Positions 28,399 to 39,000 of a stretch of DNA of 64,000 bases are shown piece by piece. The stretch lies in contig CBDDIJ010000003.1 of assembly GCA_965228855.1 (NCBI GenBank), positions 1,952,001-2,016,000 of the forward strand, written 5' to 3'. The position numbers and the translations under genes are program-made. The number at the start of each line of letters is the position of its first letter. Positions within the stretch are counted from its first letter, which is position 1. The notes below the pieces were generated by a model. That model saw nothing but the letters and a program-made list of their open reading frames with translations. It did not search any database and was not told the origin of the DNA. The stretch is from Candidatus Obscuribacterales bacterium. Its GTDB lineage: Bacteria > Cyanobacteriota > Vampirovibrionia > Obscuribacterales > Obscuribacteraceae.

Positions 28399-29133
28399 CT
28401 ACTTAATGCGAGCTCTGTACTTGCCCATGTAGGCACTCGCGGCAATTTTCAGCAATTCCACCAGCATTTTCGGAGAGTCGGTCAAGACGTTCACTTTTGA
28501 GCCGTCAATGTTCGTCCAGTTAATCGGAATCTCTTCAATCTTGTACTTGCGAAGGCGCGCCACATAGAGAACTTCAACATCAAAGGCGTAGCCGCTCATG
28601 CTCGTCACCGAGAAAAGATCTTGCGCGACGCTGCGGCGAAACATTTTAAAACCGCATTGAGTGTCGTGAAAACCTGGCAGCACAAGAGACTGTACGAGGA
28701 TGTTGAAAGTGTTTCCTATATATTTTCGATATGTGAGTGCTTCTACATGGCGAGTGTCATCCGGCTTGGCACGACTACCAAAAGCCACGTCGAAACCGTT
28801 CGCGATACTCTGCTCCAACTTCACTATTTCTTCGATTGGCGAAGCGCCATCAGCATCGTCGAATAAAACGCGCTCACCAGCGGCCGCAAGCATGCCGGTC
28901 CGCACTGCATAGCCTTTTCCGCGGTTGGGCGCGTATGAAATTAATCGAACATTGGGTCGGGTCGCGGCGAAACTGTCAACGGTATCGGCAGTATGATCGG
29001 CGCTGCCGTCATCAACAACGATAATTTCGAAGGTGCCACCACGATTTGAAAGATAGTTATAGACCGATTCGAGCGTGCGAGGCAGCCTGGCTTCCTCGTT
29101 ATATGCCGGAATGATCACTGAGAGCTCAGTCAT
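28399..29133 (-). CDS. GT2 polyprenyl-phosphate glycosyltransferase (Alg5/Dpm1-like)
   Basis: LSVIIPAYNE, VVDDGS-D-T, NRGKG-AV--G, DADG, DTQCGFK, FDVE. Confidence 0.93.
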   Translation of the reverse strand: MTELSVIIPAYNEEARLPRTLESVYNYLSNRGGTFEIIVVDDGSADHTADTVDSFAATRPNVRLISYAPNRGKGYAVRTGMLAAAGERVLFDDADGASPIEEIVKLEQSIANGFDVAFGSRAKPDDTRHVEALTYRKYIGNTFNILVQSLVLPGFHDTQCGFKMFRRSVAQDLFSVTSMSGYAFDVEVLYVARLRKYKIEEIPINWTNIDGSKVNVLTDSPKMLVELLKIAASAYMGKYRARIK

Positions 29134-29231
29134 GCGACTAAGTATATGGCCTTAGAAACCTTGCCGAGCTTTTGTGTGCGAGGTTCAATCAACTTCTTAA
29201 TGAGAGTTCGCAAATATAAGTATTTGCTCGA

Positions 29232-32216
29232 TTATTGACCTTGCTGTTGCAGCTCTCGCTCACGACGAATGATATCGTCGACGTTGAAGAAAATACCCTG
29301 TCTGTTAACGCTGGCAGCGTCAACGGGTCTCTGGTCAACGCCAATAGTGGCATTGAATGAGGAGCCGAGATAGTCGGCGTTCGCTCCGATGCGTTTTGCC
29401 TCACCGCGGTGACGGTCGTTCAATCCACCGCCGAAAGTCGACCAGTAGGTATCAGCCAGGAGCGGAAGCGTGTTGCTGACGCCCGGGTCGCGAAGCAAAT
29501 CGCCTTTACCGAGGATATCGTGGTTGAAGCGTACTCGTCCAAGGTCGACCGCTGCCGTCACAGACTCTTGCATGCCGACGGCTTGGATGCCATATCGGAG
29601 GTTCTGAACGTTTTGATTTGCATAGTAGCCGACTTTGTCGCTGAGACCCAGCTTTGCTGCCGCACTCAATACGAGGAAATTCGTGGTGCCGCCTTTTGCG
29701 AAGTCTCCAAGGGCTTCGGTACCGGATTTGGTGCCGTTTAAATAGTTAGCAGTTTCAACCACACCGGAATATCCGTAGCCGCCGATAGCGGTTACTTTTG
29801 ACATACCGAGAGCTTCCGTAATGGAAGTCTTTGCGGCGCTCTGCGAGGTGCTCGCCAACTTTGCCGCTTCACCCCACTTAGCAGACATACCGAAGAAAGC
29901 CGAATTCATCAAGCCTTGCATAGCGAACTGCTTAGCAGCCTGGTCGGCTGGAGTCAAGCCCAGTGCAACGTCACCAGCAGTGGTGACGGCGGATGAGCCA
30001 AAACCGTATGCCATCGATGTTTTCGTAAGTCCAATCTTCGCGGCATTCTCTGCTACGAATGTTCTGGTACCATTGGCGATGGCACCAATTCTCGAGGTGC
30101 TGGCCGCGACGTTCGCGGTAGTTCCAAGTGCGCCGACTCCTTCCGTCGCTGCTGCCGTGCCGGCAGCTCTGGCACCGGATGCCCACGGAGCGACAATCAT
30201 GGATGAAGTCATGAAGCCAATCTTCGCACCTTTCCAGGCGCTCTCCCAACCGGCGTCTTTGTTGACGGTCCGCTCGATACCCCAGTGAGTCAACGCAGCG
30301 CCACCGGTACCAACTGCGGTGGCAGTGATAGCGGTCGCGACCAATCCGGCTCCCGCGGCAGAACCTAAACCGAGCGTACCGATAGTCAAACCAGCTGCGA
30401 CGACAATCGATGCACCAACCGCAACGTATCCCCAGTTGCGATTCCACCAGCCGCTAAAGCCGGGTTCGGTTTTACCGATCTTATCTTCGATGTTGAGCTG
30501 TTTCTTGAGAGCATCATCATGCTCACCGTTTTGGAATTGCTTGTACAGACTGTTCGCTTTGCTATAGTCCTCTTTGGCCTCATACCAGTTAGCTTCCAGG
30601 TAAGTGGTCAGGTTTTCTCTGCGATCCATGAATGCATGGCGCTGTTGCATTGTGTTATCGATCACTTGAATTTCGCGTTTCGTGCGTTCCAGATCGATTT
30701 TCTCTTCATCCGAAAGATTCTGCTTCTTCTCGAGTTCTTGTTGTTGTTTGAGCAGATTCTGCTTGTCGTTTTGAAGCACTTTGTCAGCGGCTTCCATTTC
30801 TTGCTTAGCCTTGACGTTTTGTTGCTTCATCTGGTCGAGCAATTCACCGGCAGATTGACCGGGTTTACTCGAATCGCGGTAGATGTCGCCTTTCTCCAGT
30901 GCCGCCAAAAACTTCGTTTGAGTAGTCTGGTAATCGCCACCGTCGTTCGACGATCCCATTGTCAGTTTCGTATCCAGAGCTTGCATACTCTGGTCTCTGT
31001 ATCCGCCCTTTTCATCGTAGATTAGCTCGGGCGTATCAGTTTTGACCTTATTAAAAATCGATTGCGCTTCGTTGAGTTGTCCATGCTCCGACATGTATTT
31101 CACCATGTCGAGACGGGCATGGCTACTGACATAGACGATGTTCATCATCTCTTCTGAAGTTTGATTTTCCAGGTTGCGCGGAAGAACCGCCTGACTGGCA
31201 AGCCAACCAACGTTCACTTGATCAGCAAGTCTGTTAGCCTCTTTCAGCAAGTCGAACTGACCGAGCTGTTTTGTCTGCCCGTCGATAACAACAGTTTGCG
31301 GTTGACCGGTTTTCTCCGCTTGAGTGGCAGCCGTCATCAACTGAATAATTTCCTGACTGCGCTGCTGTTGCGATGCGGCGAAGTTCATGCCGATTGACTG
31401 CTCGTATTGTGTATAAACATCCGAGACTTTCAAATCGGGGTCTTCCTGACCGGCACGCTTCATCAAATCGAAAGCTCTGCCCTGAGCTTCAGCCGGGACT
31501 TTGTCGCCGAGCGCGAGATTCGGATTGTCATAGCCTTTAGCAACCATTTCAGCTTCGACGAGCTTGACGAAAGCCGGCGCATGGCGCAGCTTTTCCATCT
31601 CCACGCGGTCTTGAAGGTTCAAATCGAGTTCGTCGATTTTTTGACGGCGGGCTGGGTCGGAACCTGCCTTGGCACGCTCTGCATCAATGACTTCTTTAGT
31701 AAGTAAGTTAGGATTCAATCCCAGTTCTTTAGCAAGATTATTGCGATCGCTGATGTTGCCGTTCAGCATCGCTTGCACTGTTTCCTGGTTGATAGCCGCG
31801 GCAGCGGTTTTCGCTTGCTCGAGTTCGGTGCGAAGAGTCTTCTTGAGCTCGGTGACGACATCTTTGACTTTCATCTGGCGATCGCCGATTTGAAGAACAT
31901 CGTCGCCCGTCTTGCCGGATCGCGCGATAGCATCGAGGTCTTGCTTGATTGCGTTGACTTTGCCGGCATGTAGCAACGGATCGTCCGGCTCGCCGCTCGC
32001 TTGAGCCGTGTCCGTAGTCTTGTCGGAGGCGTCTTTCGGCTTCGGAGCTTCTTTGGGCGCATCAGCCTTAGCGGGCTCCGCCTTCGGCGGTCCAGCTAAC
32101 GCAGCGTCAACTTGCGCGCGCAATGGGCTTTCGCTGTGGTCTGCGTCGGCCGCTGTGTGTTTGGTATCGTCGTGCCCTTTATTTGCGCCGATGAGCTCGG
32201 TTGATTTGCTACCCAA
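29232..32216 (-). CDS. Large hypothetical protein C (994 aa): helical/coiled-coil body plus Gly/Ala-rich hydrophobic C-terminal third
   Basis: TTG start with GAGGA RBS; colinear similarity to 32381-35710; no signal peptide. Confidence 0.9.
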   Translation of the reverse strand: MGSKSTELIGANKGHDDTKHTAADADHSESPLRAQVDAALAGPPKAEPAKADAPKEAPKPKDASDKTTDTAQASGEPDDPLLHAGKVNAIKQDLDAIARSGKTGDDVLQIGDRQMKVKDVVTELKKTLRTELEQAKTAAAAINQETVQAMLNGNISDRNNLAKELGLNPNLLTKEVIDAERAKAGSDPARRQKIDELDLNLQDRVEMEKLRHAPAFVKLVEAEMVAKGYDNPNLALGDKVPAEAQGRAFDLMKRAGQEDPDLKVSDVYTQYEQSIGMNFAASQQQRSQEIIQLMTAATQAEKTGQPQTVVIDGQTKQLGQFDLLKEANRLADQVNVGWLASQAVLPRNLENQTSEEMMNIVYVSSHARLDMVKYMSEHGQLNEAQSIFNKVKTDTPELIYDEKGGYRDQSMQALDTKLTMGSSNDGGDYQTTQTKFLAALEKGDIYRDSSKPGQSAGELLDQMKQQNVKAKQEMEAADKVLQNDKQNLLKQQQELEKKQNLSDEEKIDLERTKREIQVIDNTMQQRHAFMDRRENLTTYLEANWYEAKEDYSKANSLYKQFQNGEHDDALKKQLNIEDKIGKTEPGFSGWWNRNWGYVAVGASIVVAAGLTIGTLGLGSAAGAGLVATAITATAVGTGGAALTHWGIERTVNKDAGWESAWKGAKIGFMTSSMIVAPWASGARAAGTAAATEGVGALGTTANVAASTSRIGAIANGTRTFVAENAAKIGLTKTSMAYGFGSSAVTTAGDVALGLTPADQAAKQFAMQGLMNSAFFGMSAKWGEAAKLASTSQSAAKTSITEALGMSKVTAIGGYGYSGVVETANYLNGTKSGTEALGDFAKGGTTNFLVLSAAAKLGLSDKVGYYANQNVQNLRYGIQAVGMQESVTAAVDLGRVRFNHDILGKGDLLRDPGVSNTLPLLADTYWSTFGGGLNDRHRGEAKRIGANADYLGSSFNATIGVDQRPVDAASVNRQGIFFNVDDIIRRERELQQQGQ

Positions 32217-32264
32217 GGTTTTTTCCTCAATCCCGCTTGTGATATTTGCTCCAATCCAAACGGT

Positions 32265-32293
32265 TCTATACGGAACATACCCATTTTGGACAA
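32265..32293 (-). promoter_or_regulatory. Bipartite promoter-like motif TTGTCCAAAA-N10-CCGTATAGA
   Basis: All 19 block positions identical to the copy at 42362-42390; reads as TTGTCC-N17-TATAGA; about 48 nt upstream of the start. Confidence 0.7.
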
Positions 32294-32380
32294 TACTCAG
32301 TCGAATAAATTTTGGAAACTACCGACTACAGCGGGTTTCAGGGAAGATTAAATCTAGCAATTCCGCTTGACAAGACCGAC

Positions 32381-35300
32381 TTATTTTTTTGGCTTGCGGC
32401 TGTAATCAAAGAATAGGCCTCGCTTGTCGTCCTTTTTAGCATTCGGGTCAGTCGAGTCCCCGGAGAGCGTCGGTCTGTAAAGCGGGTCGGGGTCCTTCTT
32501 ATCAGCTCGAAGACTTCCAGCCAGGGTCGGACTGAGAGCGTCAAGATTGGAGTTAATGTTTTTACGATCCCCCAGGTGTTTGGGATCCAGCTCGCTTCCA
32601 TAATTACGGTCGAGGAAGTCGGCTACTAGAGGCGCCACGAACCCGCTGCCCTGATCTTTGATGTAGTACGGCTTACCCATCACATCGTGCAAAATGCGCT
32701 TGGAACCGACGCTGATAGCCACGTTCCACGACTCTTGCATCATGAAGGCACGCATCGCGTAATTTCTCGCATCACGCATTGTAGGCGCCACAACGCTGGC
32801 TCCCGTTCCATGATCAGACAAACCATATTTCTTTAATGCAGCAAAGCTGGCCGTGTCAATCAATGTGTTATAGGCACCATCTCTCAAAGCCTGTTCTCCG
32901 GACTTCCCATCAAGTGCCCACGCTTTCAGTTCAGGCGCTGCGCCTAAACCCAAACCGCCTCCAACTGTCCATTTGTTAAGACCAAACCTTCCAAGACCGG
33001 TAGTGGCGCCGGGCATCGAAGGATGCATTTTGGTTGCCAGGCCGAACATAAGCGTGTACTGAGTACTATTCATAGCTCCATCTTTGGCCGCTTTATCCAG
33101 AGGCTTACCATCGACGGCGACACTCACTGCTTCCGGTCCGAATCCTAAAGCCAGACCCGTGCCGACAGTGTAACGGTTCAACATTGCCGTTTTGATGGCG
33201 CTGGTTTCACCTGCAAGACCCCAGTTGCGCGAGATGCCCATCATGAGACTGTTGAACACGCCTTCTTTGGTACCATCCACTGTTGCCTTGCCAATCGGTT
33301 TGTTCTCAAAGTAAACGTTACCGGCTTCAAAACTGTATGACATAGCCAAACTACCTGCCAGCAAACCTTTGGTTACGCCGATTTTGCTCGCCATGTTGCC
33401 TATTTGACTGGTCGCGGCAACTTCGGTTCCCAGCTTGGCTCGATACGCCTGCGCCGCCCACGGGCTTGCAACCAGCGCCGCGCTCATGCCGCCTATTTTT
33501 GCGCCGTCGCGAAACTCCGGCCAACCAGCCTGATCGTTGACCGTTCTGTGAATTCCCCAGTGAACTCCTCCTCCGGCGAATGCACCACCTGCGGTGGCGA
33601 CTACCGCCGTCGTGGTCACTCCAGCGCCAACATAACCTGCGGCGCCAATCAGACCAACGCCAGTCAGGGTGCCGGCAACAGCCGCGCCGGCTACAGCAAA
33701 CTTCTTATAGTTACGCTTCCAGTAGCCATCCAGAGTATCGTCGGTCATTTTAGCCAGATCTGAAACCGTCTGCAGGTCCCGGTTGCCGGCCTTCATCGCA
33801 GCAAGTTGCTCGTCAAGACTCGGGTCTTTCGCCAGCGAGCTTTCGAAGAGTTCATGTGCCGACTTGGCACCGCCTTGAGACAGATGGATCAAGCCCTCTG
33901 TAAAATCGGTCATGGCGTCCATACGTTTTGCGTATTGCTCGCGCTCCTCGCGAGTTAGACGGAGCGACGCCATCTGTCTCTCAATACGCGCTTTCTCGAC
34001 CTCTTCGTCCTGGTTGAGTTCTCTGTTGTCGTACGCTTTCTTCTTCGCTTCCAGTGTCTCGACTTCCTTATCGAGAACTTGATTGGCAGCAGTTATGTCC
34101 TTTTTGGTCTGCTCTCTGACAATCTTCATCATCTTCAACGCTTCGGAGGAAGTCGCTGAATCTGAATTCAAGTATTTGAGAACATCTCCATCATTGGCGA
34201 GTGTTCCATCCTTCAACTTTTGAACGAATTTATTGGCATCGTCCGCGGTACCAATCTTATCCTTACCAAGCTTGTCGAACAGTACCAATTGCGCAGTATC
34301 GAAGTTAGCCGGATTAATCGTTAAACCTAAGTTGACTGCACGATCGAGCTGCTCGTATGACTTACCGTCTTCGTGTTTGCGATAAACAACTTTGTCGCCT
34401 TCTTTTGCGAAGATCAATTCCGGGGAGTCGGCTTTGACCTGTGCCATCAAACCTTGAGCTTCGTGAAAGCGTCCTTGCGAGACGAGATGCTCGGAATACT
34501 TGAGACGTGCATTGCTGCCCATGCGGACAATGTCCAGCAGTTCATCTGATACTTTGGATTTGATATTGTCTTCGCGGTAAGTCTGGTTAGCAAGCCAGCC
34601 AACATTGAGGGTATCAGCAATTCGCAGCGCGTTTTTAAAATGTTGCTCTTTATCACCTTCTCCGTTCTTTGCTGCATTCAACTCCTGAGCTATTGTCTCA
34701 GCGCGTTTCTGCTGCTGAGCCATGTAGTGGATGTTTACGGTTTTATCCGAAGTCTCGAAAACCTCTTTGGCCTCACGAATTTCTTTGCCATCACCGAAAG
34801 CGTCAAGGTCGCTCTTTCCGCCTGGTGGGGTGATGCTTTTAATAACGTCGAACGCTTTCCTGATCTCTGCGTCAGGAACCTCATCACCGACTTTCACGGC
34901 AGGGTCCAGATATCCACGAGCCCGGAATTCCGCTTCGACAAGACGCACCGTCATTGGTGCAAAGTGAAGGCGGGAGATCGCATCCCGGTCCACCATTACT
35001 TGAGCTAACTCCTGGATCTTGGCTTGCTTGGGTTGATCGCCTGCCGCTTTCTGATATTCGTCTTTGAGTTTTCCAGGAGTTAACGATGCCGGCTCCAGAC
35101 CGAGATCCTTGCAGAGTCTATCGCGATCGGCAGTGGTCTGTTTAGCTAAATCGTCGATACCAGGATTGGTGGCGGTGCCTTTCATAAGAATGGCATCAGC
35201 GCCTTTTTTACTGCGCTCTATCTCAGCAGCCATCTCGGTTTTCAGCTGCGCGACCCGTTCAGAAACCTTTACTTCCTTGAACACGCCATTATCTTGCACC

Positions 35301-35710
35301 GAAATCTTTTCGTCGGGTTTTCGCTTCTGCTGGATAAGTAAATCAAGTTCACGAGCCAGATTCTGAGCACGATCTATGCTTTCATAAGGATCGATAGGAT
35401 CGCTTTCTTTAATCGCGCCCGCTTCAGCGCGGTCAGATACTTTGGTTTTGTCACCGTTCTGTTCAGCCGGCGGCTCACCGACCTGGGCAACATCTTGAAC
35501 GTCACCCGCCTTGCTTACCTGCACTGAGTCCTGAACTCCGCCGGTCTTCTCAGTTTTTGCAGGTTGCGCTACTGCAGGGGGCGCGCCATCATAGACTTCG
35601 TCATGCAATGGTGTTTGCACATCGTCATCAGACTCTTCTACTGCGTGAAACGATTCAACGCGCGTGCCCGGCTTTTGGGCTGCGTTTTGAACTGGCTTTT
35701 CATCCACCAT
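32381..35710 (-). CDS. Large hypothetical protein B (about 1109 aa), paralog of protein C
   Basis: ATG 35710 with AGAGG RBS; shared blocks NVGWLA-Q and HWGI-RTVN--AGW-----GAKIG. Confidence 0.9.
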   Translation of the reverse strand: MVDEKPVQNAAQKPGTRVESFHAVEESDDDVQTPLHDEVYDGAPPAVAQPAKTEKTGGVQDSVQVSKAGDVQDVAQVGEPPAEQNGDKTKVSDRAEAGAIKESDPIDPYESIDRAQNLARELDLLIQQKRKPDEKISVQDNGVFKEVKVSERVAQLKTEMAAEIERSKKGADAILMKGTATNPGIDDLAKQTTADRDRLCKDLGLEPASLTPGKLKDEYQKAAGDQPKQAKIQELAQVMVDRDAISRLHFAPMTVRLVEAEFRARGYLDPAVKVGDEVPDAEIRKAFDVIKSITPPGGKSDLDAFGDGKEIREAKEVFETSDKTVNIHYMAQQQKRAETIAQELNAAKNGEGDKEQHFKNALRIADTLNVGWLANQTYREDNIKSKVSDELLDIVRMGSNARLKYSEHLVSQGRFHEAQGLMAQVKADSPELIFAKEGDKVVYRKHEDGKSYEQLDRAVNLGLTINPANFDTAQLVLFDKLGKDKIGTADDANKFVQKLKDGTLANDGDVLKYLNSDSATSSEALKMMKIVREQTKKDITAANQVLDKEVETLEAKKKAYDNRELNQDEEVEKARIERQMASLRLTREEREQYAKRMDAMTDFTEGLIHLSQGGAKSAHELFESSLAKDPSLDEQLAAMKAGNRDLQTVSDLAKMTDDTLDGYWKRNYKKFAVAGAAVAGTLTGVGLIGAAGYVGAGVTTTAVVATAGGAFAGGGVHWGIHRTVNDQAGWPEFRDGAKIGGMSAALVASPWAAQAYRAKLGTEVAATSQIGNMASKIGVTKGLLAGSLAMSYSFEAGNVYFENKPIGKATVDGTKEGVFNSLMMGISRNWGLAGETSAIKTAMLNRYTVGTGLALGFGPEAVSVAVDGKPLDKAAKDGAMNSTQYTLMFGLATKMHPSMPGATTGLGRFGLNKWTVGGGLGLGAAPELKAWALDGKSGEQALRDGAYNTLIDTASFAALKKYGLSDHGTGASVVAPTMRDARNYAMRAFMMQESWNVAISVGSKRILHDVMGKPYYIKDQGSGFVAPLVADFLDRNYGSELDPKHLGDRKNINSNLDALSPTLAGSLRADKKDPDPLYRPTLSGDSTDPNAKKDDKRGLFFDYSRKPKK

Positions 35711-35944
35711 TGGTGAACCTCTAATAACTTTGGCTTTCGCCAGAAACATTCAGTATAGGAGTCTATTCTCTTATTCCCAGAATTTGACATTTCGAGACGA
35801 ATTAGAGCCTAAAACCCGCACGGTGTGTAGCATTAAGCAGATCGCAATATCACAAGTCGCTCCCTCCTCGAAGCGCCCTCGCATATCTCTCATAAACTTC
35901 TTATGGTCGGAGCCCCTATCGGGTCCTTTTCTCAAATGGATATG

Positions 35945-35979
35945 AAAACCGGCTCGCTGACTGCAGCAAGCCGGTTTCA
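35945..35979 (-). terminator. Intrinsic terminator-like hairpin after large gene A
   Basis: Minus strand reads GAAACCGGCTTGCTG-CAGT-CAGCGAGCCGGTTTT, about 25 nt after the stop. Confidence 0.65.
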
Positions 35980-36003
35980 TTACTCTTGATTTTGAAAGAC
36001 CGA

Positions 36004-39000
36004 TTATCCGCCAGGCGGTGGTGGTTCCTCGACCTCGCCGTTAGGCTTCGGTTTCGGAGTCTCAGTCGGAGTCGCCGGTTTCGGAGCCTCAGTCGGAGTC
36101 GCCGGCTGCGGCACTTCGGCTTTCGGAGGGACTTGTTCCTGCGCTTCTTCGATAGTCGTTCTCTGCGGAGGCAGAGGCGTGTTGTCGATAGGCTTCTGCG
36201 CATTACGCAGCAAGTCTTTGTACCGACCGACATTGAGGCGCGGTCCAAGACCATCGACGGTGCTCGGAAGCATCGTTCCGGCAAATACTCCGCCGGCTGC
36301 CATGGTCGGTCCGGAAAGTGCTCCGGCGTTCCAGTTGTTCCAACGGGTTGGAGACAGAGGGAACACGGACTGCATTGTCTTTCTGAAGTTGCCGTATTCC
36401 GGGTTGGACCAGACCGGCTTGTAGATAGCCCCCGGCTTCATGAACATAGAGCCGAACAGAGCTTGACCAGGCGTACCTACGGCAGCAGAGGCGACCGGCA
36501 CCATCCATCTTGCATAGACCGGTAATTCTTCCGGATTGACACCTTCGACAGTCGGGAAGTGCGACTCTTTTAACGCACTCAACCAGGTATAGTCTTCGCC
36601 TTTCGGATCCGCGTAGACCGGGTGAGCGTCGCCGCCCTGCGGGAGCGTAACACCGAACAGTTGACCTGTCATATCGTACGGCTTCACCACCGTGTTGTAC
36701 GTACCGGCAGCACCTAGCGCGCCGTAGAATCCGCTTGCACTGCGAGCGCGAGCAAGAACTTCCGGCGTCGCTTTTGCAGGATCGACTGCTGTGAATTGGA
36801 AGCGATCCGTCACCACTCTTCGTGCGCCGTCGAGTTTGCCTGCAGTATAGGCACCGGCATCATATGCCTTGCCAGGGATTGTCTTCAGATAGAAGTTCTT
36901 CGAGCCTAGAGGCGCGATGGTTTCCATCGTCGCACTGCCCATATTGGCCCAACCTTGCTTGGTCGTGACCGTGTTCCAGGCACTGTACGCACCATCTTTG
37001 GTGGCTTTCGCTCCGCTACTGAGTCGGGAGATTATACTGCGTTCGCCTGTGAGCGGCGAAGCGGCCATAACTTCTTTCAATGCTGCCGGTGTCAGCATAG
37101 CCGTGCGCTCGGTAGCTGGAACGAGGGAGAGCAGACGCTGGAGACCAGGTCCTTCGAGCACGCGAGTGCCCATACCCACCACATCGGTTAGCTTGGTTGC
37201 GTCCGTGATAGCTTGAACCGTTTTGCCGCCCTTCTCGACCGTGAGACCGGCGGACTGCATCTCGTCCAGTTTCGGGAAGATGTTCTTGAAGCTGAGTTTT
37301 TCAGTTTCGGCAGCCAGCTTATGAGCTTGACCGACTTTGGTTACACCGTATCTCTCAGCGGTCGCGAGCAACTGCTGACCTTGCGGTGTAGTCGCGATAT
37401 CGGCGAGCGCTTCCTGGATGTTGGCATTGTCGGCCAAGCCGTTGGTTTTCTGCGCGAGTTCTTGAAGAGCAGCCTGGTCGTTTCTGACCATCTTCTTCAG
37501 GTCGCCGACAGTCTTGACGCCGCCGGCATCGGCTTTGGCGATACGCGCGGCCAGCGCATCCGGCTTGATTCCTGACGATGTTTTGGCATCCTTCATGATA
37601 GCTTCGGCGACGGAACCAGTACGCGCGCCGGTGAGTTGAGCCTTCTCTAGAGCCGCTGCCACTGTCGGGTCCAGCACACCTTCAGCAAGGAGCTTGGTGC
37701 CACGCGGCATGTTGACGAATGCCTTAGCTTCGTTGATGTAGCCCTGTGACTTGAGGAGATCCATGAGTTTGCCGGTGGTTTCGTAACCTTCTCTGGCGTA
37801 AAACTCGGCGGATGCCTTCGTGTCCATCAAAGCGAATTGTCTGGGACCTTTGGAAGCTCCAGTCAGGAAGCTGCCGCGTCCAGACAGACGACCACCGACT
37901 TCTGCAGCAGCTAGTGAGCCGCCAACGTGAACGATACTGTCCGTCCAACTTTCTTTGACGCCGGTCATCGCGTAGAAAGCCTGGTTGCGAGCGACTACTC
38001 CAGCGACAGGAGCACTGTATTCAGCAACCTTCAGCATCGCTCCGGCATAGCGTCCGTAAGAACCCATAGAGCGCTCGAAGAAGGCGGCAACCTTCGGGTT
38101 GCGCGTAGCGGCCATCGTGCCGAGGACACCAATGACGATACCAGCATCAACGAGGATACTATCGAAAGTGCTGTCTTTGCGAATTTGCTGGTTGAGATTT
38201 TTGATGCTGTGCATGTCGATGAGAACCGGCACACCACCATCGTTTTTACCAACAAGCTCACCACCCTGAAGGTAGACTTTTTCGCCCTTCTCGTTGGTGA
38301 AGGTTTCACCCTTCTTGCCCACGTAGAGTTTGTACTTCTCCGGATTATCCATCACATCAGCAAGTACGCCGAACAGTGAGGCTACACCTGGATTGTCTTT
38401 GGCGGTCTTCGCATCGAGCGGATCGACTCCAAGAATGTCTTTTGTATGTTGGAGAGCGCGTTGAGCAGGATCGATCGCCAGGTCCGGTTTGAACGCCGAG
38501 CCTTGACCGAATTTGATTTCCTGAATCCCGGCAATCTCACCCTTGTCGTTGAGTTTTGGAACGATTTCCGTGCCCAGATAGAGCTGAGCCAGGAATTTGT
38601 TAGTGTTGATCGGAGACTTCACGAAACCGGAGTCAACATCTTCACCCTTGATCGCGGTGTAAACCTTCTGCATTTGTTGACGCAGAGTGGACTTGCTACC
38701 GTCGGGCATCTCAACGACGCTGTTCGGAATCAACGGCATGTCTTCAATCAATCTCGCCGCTTCTTGATTCATCAAGTCGACGATCTTCACGTCCTTGCCG
38801 TCCACCTTAACCGGTGTAGTCAAACGCTCGGACTTGTCGCGAGCCTCTATACCAGCGGCTTCAGCATCTTTATACTGACCGGCCTGCTTCAAGAATTGCG
38901 CGAACTCCAAGCGAACACTCGCTTGTAAGTTCATGCTCATCATGTCTCTGAACATGTTGTCGTGAATCTGAAGTCGGCGTTCAGGCGAGAGAGGTTCGTC

